A DNA stretch of 64,000 bases, from NCBI RefSeq assembly GCF_006345805.1, contig NC_042997.1, forward strand, positions 165,540,001-165,604,000. Reading direction: 5' to 3'. This DNA comes from Octopus sinensis (taxonomy: Eukaryota). This document shows positions 13,001-25,000 of the stretch, in pieces. The position numbers and the translations under genes were made by a program. How positions within the stretch are numbered: the stretch's first letter is position 1; each line of letters begins with the position of its first letter. The notes under the pieces were generated by a model. That model was not told the DNA's origin, did not search any database, and saw nothing but the letters and a program-made list of their open reading frames with translations.

Positions 13001-16000
13001 TTCTTTTTCTCTCCTGTCTTTCACTGTTAACATCTCATCCAACAACTCTACATCTACTTGTAGTACATTACCAGGGACAGGTTCAATTCATTGCTATCTA
13101 GATAGCAATGAATTGAAACTGTTAATTGACACTATTAACTGACATTTTTCTCTATCTAAATTTACAGTTGTATTATTTTGCAATTAATTTTTTATACACT
13201 TCAACTTTACAGAAATTCTTTAATCCTGGTATAGAAAACATTCGCTTTAATAATGGACTAAATGCCGTGAAAGATGAACATGTGCAATCAGTTTGTCAGA
13301 AGATTCTAGAAGAGGTTTGTATTTCATTTTTTTTATACGTATTCTTTAATATTGTTACCTTGTTCCTTAAAATTGAGATAAAATATGTACTATTATTTCT
13401 GATTTAATATATGAAGTTTGTCAAAAGATGGTCATTCGTTGATAGTTCATATACAGTATTTGAGTATGTAATAGTGTCTTTGTGTACAATAGACTATCTA
13501 TGTGTTGACAGATTTAAGTTTGAAGGCATGTTTTTTAGAATCAAGGACCTGGAGTTCATTGTTTAAGTAAATAAATAAAAATAATGTTGTGGTGGACATC
13601 CCCAAGTGAGAAGTGGGCTGTTCCACTACTGATAAATAGTGAACAGACACAGCAAGCAGGATCAGTTTGCAAGGTACGCTGTTTGGGCCAGTCATGCAGA
13701 CAACGAAATACGTCGTCATAATGCGGGTCATATCAGTGGCAATGAGGAGTCAAACTACACACAGTGGCAGATAAGACTAACACAGAACTGAACTACACAA
13801 AGTGAAAAATAATATAAATCTGTTTGTAGTATTTCTGTTTGGTCGCTATGTGTTAGTAGCACTACCAGTGAACAATGTATTACATGCGGCATTCTGAAGA
13901 GAAAAATAATTCTGTGTGGAAGAAAAATAATAATAATAATTAGTCCATGTGAAGGATTTAAGTCAGGTCACTGTGTGTTGGTAGTGCTACCAGTAAACAA
14001 TGTAGACTGGTACTACCTGTGGCATTCTAAAGAGAAAAATAATTCTGTTTGGGAGAAAAAAATAATAATCATGATAAGTTTGAATAAAGGATTTAAGTCA
14101 GGTCACTATATGTTAGTAGCACTACTGGTAAACAGTGTAGACTGGTACTACCTGAAGAAAAAATAATAATGTTGTGTGAAAGAAAAAATAGTTTCAAAGC
14201 AGTGGGGTGTTGTGACAGACACCCCCAAGTGAGAAGTAGGCTGTTCCACAACTGATAAATAGTGGACAGACACAGCAAGCAGGGTCAGTCAGCAAGGTTT
14301 TTTTTTTTTGTTGTGGCAGTGTGTTTTTCTTGGTTACGTTGAAGTAAGTGGTTATATTGTTATAATTGTTAAAGGTCTCTTCTTGTTCTTGGTTGAAATT
14401 GCTGTTTTAACTAACAAGTTTTTGTTGAAATGTGTTTTTCCTTCCCATTTATGGGAGAGCTGGAGAGAAGAAGTGAAATGGAAACTGGACCAGCAAATAG
14501 CCACAGTTATGTGGCTGCAACTGGTAGAGGAATAGAGGTAGAAGCCTTCGAAAAGGACAGTGATATACAAAACACTGAAGGTTTCGACAAGGAAAATTGA
14601 AATAGCTATGCTAGAACACATTGAGAAGTGTTTAAAAGAGATCAAAAAGGTCACCACATTTATAACAAGAAGAAGAAGATATAGCACAGTAGAAGTGCGA
14701 TTTACAAGTGAAGAAGAAGCAATAAAGCACTCCGCTGTTGCCATAAAGACAGAAGAGTAGGTGCTCCTACCAACATACTGTGGCAAGTGAGTTGTCAGAG
14801 TAAGGGTGGGAAAAGTACCACCAGAGTTGGATGAAACATAGTTGGTTGCCGCAGTATGGTGGAGGATGCAAAAATCCTAAGAGTAACAAGAACCAAAAGA
14901 ATGAACTAGTGGGGATACGGAATCGAGATGGCAGTACAAGCAAGCGTGAGTGACATGAATAAAATTCCAGAAGAAATTATCCTACCCGAAGATATGAGAT
15001 TGAGAGTGGTAATGGAGGGTAGGCCTCCCATATGCAACCTGTGTGGCAAAAAAGGCCACATGAAGGTGAGGTGCCCCTGGAGAGAGGAGAGGTAACAACA
15101 GATGGAGCAGTCTGAGGAGCAGAAGAAGGTGAACAATGTGGTCCAGGAAGATGAGAAGGAGACAACAGGAATAGAGGAGGAATTTGAAGGGGTTAAAAAA
15201 TGAAAAAGGAAAGAAAGAATGAGCTCTCTGCCAGAGGGACAGAAAAAAGAAAAAAAGCAGAAAAAGAGGTGGAGAAGGAAGCCGTAAAGGTGGTTGAAAA
15301 GAAAGTCGTAAAGGAAATTGAAAAGGAGGTCGAGAAAAAGGTAGAAAAGGAGGTTATGGAGGAGGAGGAGGAGGAGATAGAAGCAAGCATACTAGAGAAC
15401 AGCAAAGAGAAGAAACAGCGGCGCTAAGAGTGGAGCATGGCAAACAAGCAAGAAGGCAAAGAAAACATAGCTGAAATTTCATGACAACGATTATACAGAA
15501 TATATTTATATATATTTACTCTTGTATACACTTTTATTTTACATTAGTGAAGCAGAGAAATTCTGCCACTCATCAGGTCATTGTTATATGATGAAAGCTG
15601 TTGATACTTTATATTGTACTGTCACGAAAGAGCACAAAAGTGAATATAACAGTATTTGTGATTTTAATGGATTTCATCATTTCATAATTCTTTTGGGATT
15701 TTTCCACAATTCTTTCATGACTCCCCCACAACATTTTCAAGACTTTTCCCCTACTCCTCCATAATGTGATTATTTTAGCTTTAACACATACTCTCATATC
15801 AGGTCATTTGCCATGTAGGTACATCTCCAAAGTAAGAATTAGCATTTAATAATAAAAACTTCTTTTCTGTTTTTTTTTCTCAGGCTAAAAAGATGTACGT
15901 TCCGGATCGTCAAAATATAAAGTATGATAAAGCACCCGTTGAGAATGTATCTCAGCTAATAACAGCTGGCAGTTCTAAACGAGTAAGTTTTACTATTTGG

Positions 16001-19000
16001 ATATTTTAATATAATCTCAAACGCACAATTTCACTCATTAGCAATTATTTTTGATATTTCTATGTATGTTTGATTACTAGCCGTTTGGAAATTAATCAAG
16101 TATTTTGAAAGCTTTAGTAAAATAATTTTATTCATTAATTGGTATACTAAGCTAGTGTTTGGAACACAATAACAGAATGTTTATTCCATAAAATTACGTT
16201 TTTAATTTAGGTAATGAGCAAGGAATGAGCTGGCAGAATTCTTAATACATTGGACAAAATGCTCAGCAACATTTCTTCCAGCTCTTTATGATCTGAGTTC
16301 AGCTCCCACCAAGATCAATTTTGCACTTCATCTTTTAAGGGTTGATACAATGAAGTATCAGACAAGTACTGGGATCAGTGTAATCAAATTGTCACTCCCT
16401 TCAAAATTGCTGGCCTTGTGCCAAGATTTAGAAAGAATTTATATAGTGAACACATTAAAATAGGTGGTCCCCAATGAAAGAACCAGCTGCAACCCCCAGC
16501 TCCTTGGTACCAAAAGGGTTAATATGACTAAACGGATATTTAAGATTGCACAATTTATCATAGGATATCATTTGTAATTTTATTTTTAAAATGTTTCATG
16601 ATTTAAAGGAAATGGACACTCACTTATAAGTACATGTTTTAACTGTGAATTTACAGATCAATTCTTCTGCATCCTTCAAAATCCCATGCTTCTCAAAATT
16701 CATCTTCACTTCTGACATGCCTAAGTATCCTTTCCTTTCTCTGGCTCTTTTACAGTTCATTTCCCTGTCTTCTTGTATTTTATTCTAATTTACTGTGTAT
16801 ATACTTTTAGATTTCATTGCATCTTTCTTTTCTTGTCTTATTGCCACTTCCTAACCCCTCTTTTATCCTTTTTTTCAACAAGTTGTAGGCCCCTGAGCAC
16901 TTTATACAAGAAGCTCGATATTGCTATATTGATCATCAAATCATTAGTAAATTCATTATGTCTATGTATTTCTATGATTTTTATAATAAGTTTCTTTTTA
17001 TTTCAGTCTACAGTTAACCGCAAAAGACGATCCTCAGACACTGATTCAGACATTGCTATTCCAGTCCAAAAGAAAAAGGTAAAGCTTTGAATTTTCTCAC
17101 TTTTATATTGGTTCTTATTGTTTATTCTTAGGTAAACCCTAATTTGAGCAAACCTATAGTCAGAGATATTCTGGCATTGACCATCTCATGTTTTTGTAAA
17201 TCCAACCCTTTATAAGATGGTAGGGTATGATTTGGTGAAATTTGGGTACTATTTCTAGCAAATCAAGTTACTCTGAAGAGCATATGTGGGGAGTGCTCTT
17301 AGTGCCTCAGTACTTGAGAACCTGGGAGAATACACAGCATTGAAAAAATAACAACTCATTAATTTTACAGATTTATGTTAGATTATTAACAATAAACACA
17401 TTAGAATGTTTGGATTCATAACCATGTAGTAACTCACTTTCCCATATGCTTCTCTATGTGACTTACAAACTGATCATCATCACCATTAAGCATTTTCACA
17501 CACGCACTTACACAAGGCAGACTTTTAGATTCCATGCAGTAAATCCACTCACAAGGCTTTTAATCTGCCCAAAGTTATTGTAGTAGACACTTAAGTTGCC
17601 ATGTAATGGGATCAAACCCAAAATCATGTGAATGGAAAGCAAGTTTTTTTACCACATAACCATGCCTGCATCTATGCCATGTTTAAGATAAAACAAAAAT
17701 GAATACAACAGTATATATTAAATTACTATTTTGATCTTAAGGCTTAAACTAGTTCTTCATGAATTTATGGAAGCTTCATCTGCAGATGATTTCAAATCTG
17801 AATGCAAACAAAAGAGCCTGTACACTCCCAGTGTAGAGATTCCTTTGTTGATTTATTTTTATATCAGTTTCCGTCACAGGTACAAAGTTACAAAGTTTGT
17901 ATTTGTTAGTAAAGGTGAGTTATAATCAAAGAGTTGAGATTGATAAAACGAAACATGACCTATGAAGTTAAGCTGTAGGAAGGAGAAAAAAAAACTTAAT
18001 ATTGTAAATCACTTATTCTACTGGTTTACTGTCTTACCCTTGACCATTGCTTTATATTTCATTGAATTTGTTTCTTTTTATGCTTTTTATCAATAAAGAG
18101 ATACACATAAAACATATATACATACTTACCTAATACATATGTATCTAGACCAGTGAAGGCATAATCTATGTCACTTAGTCCACTAAAAATAGCAGCCAAA
18201 TCACACTCTATGGTCTAGTCATAGGAAGAATGCCTTTGATCACACGTTTGCTTATGCAATAACATAAATGCACATACACACACTTATGTATGTATTCATC
18301 ATATGCAAGGTACTTAGAGTTTACATCTGTAAGTAAACCTTGTTAACTTTGCTACTCAAGGTCATCAACAAATTTTGCTCAATTTTTTTTATCTGATCAG
18401 TCAACTTCATCCCAGTATTTTATTTTGCTTGTCAAACCACCCACACCATTTTCTTTATATATCTTCAGAATTTAATTTGTCAGCTAAATTTTATTTTTAC
18501 ATGTTGCTTTCATTTTTTAAATTTATTTTCACAGAAAAAAGGCCGTCCCCCAACACATTCTGGGTAAGTTGATTTTTTATTCCTTTCCTCTTAAATTCTT
18601 TTTTTTTTATTCCTTTATTCTTTTGCTTGATTCAACCATTGTACTACTGCCCCACTAGAGTACCACCCTTTCGTTACTGTATTTATTTTCAGATGCTCTG
18701 TGTTTTTTCCAATTACTTTAAATATAACAAAGAATTTAGTAAAATAACTTAGTTATCATTAAGCTAGTTTTAGGAACATAAATTGTGACTAAGGTTTGGT
18801 GGAAGATTTTAATTCAAAACTTTTGAAAACCAGACATTTGTACTAAAGAGCAAGAGCCGGTTTCAGCCGGGTTGGTAATAAAAGGGTTAAAGAGTTTAGT
18901 CAATTTCTCTTATAAAAAATCTTTATTGCCTTCAGAAGGAAGACTGCAGGATTTAAGTCCTAAAGTACTGGGCAACCAGTCAATTATTAGAATGAGATAG

Positions 19001-22000
19001 CCATGTTTAGAAATTTGATTAAAAGTTTGACTGAAACAACTATGTTTAATATCCTATCTCTATGTCCTGAATACTTCTGTGCTGTAAGGCCAGTCAAATA
19101 AGGACTGATTAGGGCTATTTCAACTATGAATATTAAACATTTTCTAACCTATTTTAAACAATACACTGACTTTATTACAATTTATTTTGAAAATGATCAA
19201 GAACCAACTTTTTTTTCCATATAATGACCACTTTTATCTACATGTAAGCACTTTAAAACTGGTAGTTTTTCTAACAAAGAACCAGAGACAGTCTTGAGCT
19301 GAATGCTATCAAAAAGGTTAAAAATCATTAAATAGGACTTATACGTTTGTCTTGTTTGATGATTCAATGCAGTTGCTTATGATTTAATTGCAATATCTAT
19401 AAGAATGAAGCTTAGTACAGTAATTAACTGTTCAGGTACAGTTTTTTTTTTTTATTCCTCTTCAAAAAATGTTATTAAGTATTAAAAGGGCAAAGGTCAA
19501 GAATTTCGGGTTAAATGAAGACTGCTGTATTAGATATTCTATGGTGTGTGGCTTGATGCCTCACATCTAAATGTGTTCTGTTTACTTCTTGTATCTCATA
19601 AAATAATCATTAGTAATGCATTAGTCAATTCAAAGGGTTCTTATACATACACAAAAGAAATCTTTACACATAAGGCATGTTGCCTGCTTTACCATAGTCC
19701 ACTTTCCTGAAAAATGTCCCAACCACATTTTTGACTGAACAATGATGTCATGTTACAATGTTGCTGTTTAGCATCCAAGTTGCTCCCCCACTATTTTTTT
19801 TTTTTTTCATAAAAAGTATATACCAGACTGACTATGTTATCCAATTTGTCTTTTTAAGACAGTAGGGTGTAGTTTGAAAGATATTTAGCTGTTATTTCTA
19901 GCTGATTGAGCACTCACATGGAGGTTCTTTCATTGGCTAATGGACTATGTCGCTAGATTCTAAAAAATATTACTCTACATATTAGAATAGGAAAATAACA
20001 TGCAATGCTGTTAAAAAAGACTATTAATAAACTGATTTGTGGAATCTCATTTCCGTTTATTTCTTAGGAGAGTAACACCTCAGAAATCTATGCGTTCTGT
20101 TGAACCACTCAAGAGAGAAGGGCCAAAGGTAAGCTTATATTGCATTTTTTAAATGTATTGATGATGCTACTTCTTAAAGTGTTTAATTCACATGTAAATT
20201 AACATGACTCAAGGTCTTTTAGTTGTAGGATCTTCAAAATAACTTTATTAATGTACTGAATTAAAACAATGCAAAAAAATGTTAAAAGTTGATGTATTTT
20301 TGAAAAATATTTTTCAGTTCCAATCATACTTTCTCTTCAGGCAAGGAGGTCCTGTATTTTTGCTGTATATTGAAGCATTTTAAGTGGTTTTCTTGTATAT
20401 TCACATAGACCTGTTGACTATTTTTAACCACCTTCCTTGTACTGATTTGTGTTTTGTTTCTTACAAACTGAGATACACATTATACTTCACCTGTCTATTT
20501 AATGGATGCTGTAGCTAACTTAACCTGTCTTTTATTTTCTATTCTATTCAGTTCATTGTCAGATGTTTGAACAATATTTGATAGTTGTCTTCCATTATTA
20601 TAATATTTCTGAAGGTGGCGAGCTGGCAGAATTGTTAGCTTGGCGAGCAAAATGCTCAGCAGCATTTCATCCATCCTTATGCTCTGAGATCAAATTCCGC
20701 CAAAGTCAACTTTGCCTTTCAACCTTTCGGTGTTGATGAAATAAGTACAATTTATACACTGGGGTTGATGTAATTGACTATCCCCCACCCACAAAATTCC
20801 AGCCTTATGCCTATAGTAGAAAGGATTATTATATTTCTGAAGGAAGCAAGCTGGCAGAACCATTAGCATGACAGGCAAAATGCTTAGTGACATTTCTTCT
20901 AGCTTTATGTTCTGGGTTCAAATTCCACCGAAGTTGACTTCGCCATTTGTCCTTTTGGGGTTGTTAAAACAAGTACCAGTTCAACATTGAGATCAATGTC
21001 CTCAACTTACTCTCCTCCCTTAACAGACATTGCTGGCCTTGTACCAAAATTTTAAATCAATATTATGATATATCTCTTAGGCTTTTTCTATTTTAGTTAA
21101 GAGTTATTGAAAATGTCTCTATCCTCTATATACATTTGTGCTCATTCTAGAAAACATTTTTATAAAATTAAACAAAAGAAAAGTGAGGGAACAGCAAAGA
21201 AGGTGTATAAGTTTGTCACTCAGGAAAAATATAAAGTTTATTAGGCTTTGGTCATTGTTCTGACCATCATATTCTAAACTTTTGATACACTCTTTTTACA
21301 AATATTCTACATAAAAAAATTTGTCTTACTTTTTAATTTCAGTGGGATCCAGAGCGCCTAATTTCAGAAACACTATTTGTAATGGGTGCAAGGGCCAATA
21401 AGTAAGTAAAATGAATTTTTGTTTAATTAATTAATTTCAGCACACCCTTCCCACCCCCATCACCTGTACCAGAAGTCTCTATCTTCCAACCTCTATCAGA
21501 TGTTTCTCCCATGAACACCTCCAAAGGCTTAATGTTCCCCCATCCAATGTTCTGCGTCATGAGGACCAAAGACAAAGTGTTTTGTGTTGCAAAACAGTGT
21601 GTGAGAGAGAATCATGATGTCATAGGAGAGAAATGTGTCTGCAAGGATGATGGCTCACTTGCATTTACTGAGACTGCAGAGAGAATGAGATGCTACTATA
21701 AAAGGTTGCTAAATGAACAGAATGAATAGGAGGAAGAGAGTCTGCTGAATGTTGACCCAACTGAGGGACCAGCTATCTGAATTAACAGTACCTTGATAGA
21801 TAAAGCAATTAAGAGTATGAAGACAGGGAAACCCCCAGGCCCATCAGGAATCACCACAGAGATGCTTATAATATCTGGCAGTGTTGGCTATAGTCTAGTC
21901 ACCTGTATAGTCACTCAGGTGATACATGAAGGAGTCATACCTAATGACTGGTGTAGCAGCACCATAGTCAACTGCTATAAAAGTAAAGGTGATCCATTAG

Positions 22001-25000
22001 ATACAAATAATTATAGAGGTCTCAAGTTGTTAGATCAGGCAATGAAAGTCACTGAGAGGGTCATAGCCCAAATAATTAGGGAGAGAGTGAGTTTAAATGG
22101 GATGCAGTTTGGGTTTATGCCAAGGTAAAGCACTACAGATGCTATATTTCTGGTAAGACAGTTGCAGGAGAAATACCTAGCCCAATATAAACCTCTGTAC
22201 TTGGCTTTCATTGACATGGAGAAAGCCTTTGACAGGGTCCCCCAATCCCTTATCTGGTGGTCAGTGCAGAGGCTGGAGATAGATGAGTGGTTAGTGAGAC
22301 CTGTAAAAGCCATGTACAGGGATGCTGTCAGTAAGCTGAGGGTTGGCAACGAGTATAGAGAAGAATTCCAAGTAGGGGTAGGGGCCCACTAAAGATCAGT
22401 CCTCCATTCAATAACAGAGGAATTCAAGACAGGATGCTCCTGGGAGCTTCTCTAAGCTGATGACCTTGCTCTAATAGTTGAGTCACTATCAGAACTAGAA
22501 GAGAAGTTTCAGGTGTGGAAGCAAGGTCTAGAATGAAGGGGCATTAGAGTTAATCTAGCGAAAACCAAAATCTTAGTAAGTAGGAAAGCAGACAAATCAC
22601 AAATCCCTTCAGGTAGATGGCCCTGCTTGATCTGTAGAAAAGGCGTAGGTGGAAACTCCATAAGATGTACCTTGTGTAAGCTATGGATACATAAGAGGTG
22701 CAGCAATATCATAGGAAGGTTAACTGGGAAGGTAGTTTTTGTGTGTGGCAAATGCTCAGGAGCAATAAACACAGAAAATGTGCAGAAAACAGCTTCCACC
22801 ACATTCCAGGGAAAAAAGCTACAAGTAGTTGATAGCTTCCGTTACCTAGGTGACTAAGTCAGTAGCAGGGGTGGGTGCTCTGAGAGTGTAGCTACTGGAA
22901 TAAGAAGAGCCTGGGCAAAGTTCAGAGAGTTCCTACCTCTGCTGGTGACAAAAGGCATTCTCACTCAGAGTAAAAGGTTGACTGTATGATGCATGTGTGC
23001 AAACAGCCATGCTGCATGGCAGTGAAACATGGGCTGTGACTGTAAGCTTGCAAGGAATGAAGCTACAATGCTCCTCACTGGATGTGTAATGTCCATGTGC
23101 ATACATGACAGAGTGTAAACACCTTGGATAGTTGGACATAAGAAGCATCAGTTATGGTGTGCAAGAGAGACGACTGCGCTTGTATGGTCATGTGTTGCAT
23201 ATGGATGGGGACAGCTGTGTGAAAAAGCGTCACATCCTAGCAGTAGAGGGAACCTGTGGAAGAGGTAGACCAAGGAGGATCTGGGATGAGGTGGTGAAAC
23301 ATGACCTTCAAACATTGGGCCTTGCAGAGGTGATGGCAAATGACCGAGATCTTTGGAGATATGCTGTGCTTGAGAAGACCCAGCAAGCCAAGTGAGACCG
23401 TAACTGTGGCCTATGCCAGTGCAACATAACCGGCCCATTTAAGAGTACCCTTCAATCATTGGGCAATAACCTGCACTTGTGAAAACCTGTTGAGTCAAGT
23501 CATTGTCGTGGCTGATGACAGTACCACCTGACTGCTCCCATGCCAGCGGTACATAAAAAGCACCATTTGAGCACAGTCATTGCCAGTGCTGCCTGACTGG
23601 CTCCTGTGCCAGTGGCACATAAAAAGTACTATTCGAGTGTGTTCGTTACCAGTGCTGCTTGACTGGCTCCTGTGCCGGTGGTACGTAAAAAGCACCCACT
23701 ACACTCTTGGAGTGGTTGGCGTTAGGAAGGACATCCAGCTATAGAAACTTTGCCAGATCAGATTGGAGCCTGGTGCAGCCATCTGGCTTGCCATCCCTCA
23801 GTCAAACCTCCAACCCATGCTGGCATGGAAAGCAGACGTTAAATGACGATAATGATGATGACTTTAGCTACTGTAGTGGTAAGATTTGGAAATAAATGAA
23901 ACATTACTTCATTACACAACTCTTGAATTAACAATTTGTCATTTTTCCATAGAGTTGGTGTTGTTATATGGTAAATATATGTTTGCCATGCTTTATATTC
24001 ACTAATCAGAATTTTCCAGTAAATATAAGTTTGTTCAGCAGATGTTGTATGAAATGAGGGTAGGTTTTGATGATGAAAGAAGTTTCCTAAACAAGAATCT
24101 CAAATCTAAAATGCTGAACTTGCAGTATTAAAGTATACTGTAAAATTTCTCCAAAGTGATAAATAAATAATAAATGAGAAAAAGTTATTAGTATAATGTA
24201 AAATATTATAAGTAGACATAGCACATCTACACACAAAAAAATGTATCATACATACAGGCCCACACACACAGGAAATTCACAGAATTTTTGAAAAAGTAAG
24301 AAGTGGTTTAAGATCAGACAAAAGCAAATACATATGTAATCTATTCTCTATTCATAAGTTATATAATCCTTAATGTTGAAATCAACTTCAAAGAAATGGT
24401 TTTTATATAAATATTTTTTAAAACATTTTAGTTAGTTTTTATGTGGTGTAGGGAACAAGAACTAATTATCTAAATTAAGAATGCATACTGATCAGCAATT
24501 CTACAATTTGAACATTTCCCTCATAGAAAATAGTGTATTCTTCGGTGCTATTTTGAATGCTTCATTCAATAGATTTCTGTACCATTTATATGTGAAATAG
24601 CCTTTATTCATCGGAGTTAAATTAAATAGAACCATTTGGCATTTTTTCTTTTATTACTGAATTTTTTTAAAAACAGGAATATTTGGTCTGTTGACTTCAT
24701 TTAAGCATTTTTTAGTGTCAGAATTTTTGTCGCACTAATTATGATTTTGTCACAAGGTTCCACTGTGACAAAGTGAAGTTAAGTTTTTGAATGGTTAATA
24801 TGTGTCTTCCACGTTGTAATTGATCATGTAATTATCTTAGATGCAAATGATAGTATTAAATTAAGGAAGATAAAGATTTTATTTTAAAATATGTTTAAGT
24901 AGCAATCAAGACAATTTTACAGTTGCCTATGAGCCATTTTAGCTTAGAAAGTTCAAAAGAAAAATGTGTATTATTATGATGTTTATAATATTAGTTTAAG

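Noticed and set aside
15200-15427. E/K-rich ORF as a DNTTIP1 exon or separate gene
   Set aside because: No fitting splice sites; contiguous with the degenerate LINE ORF1.
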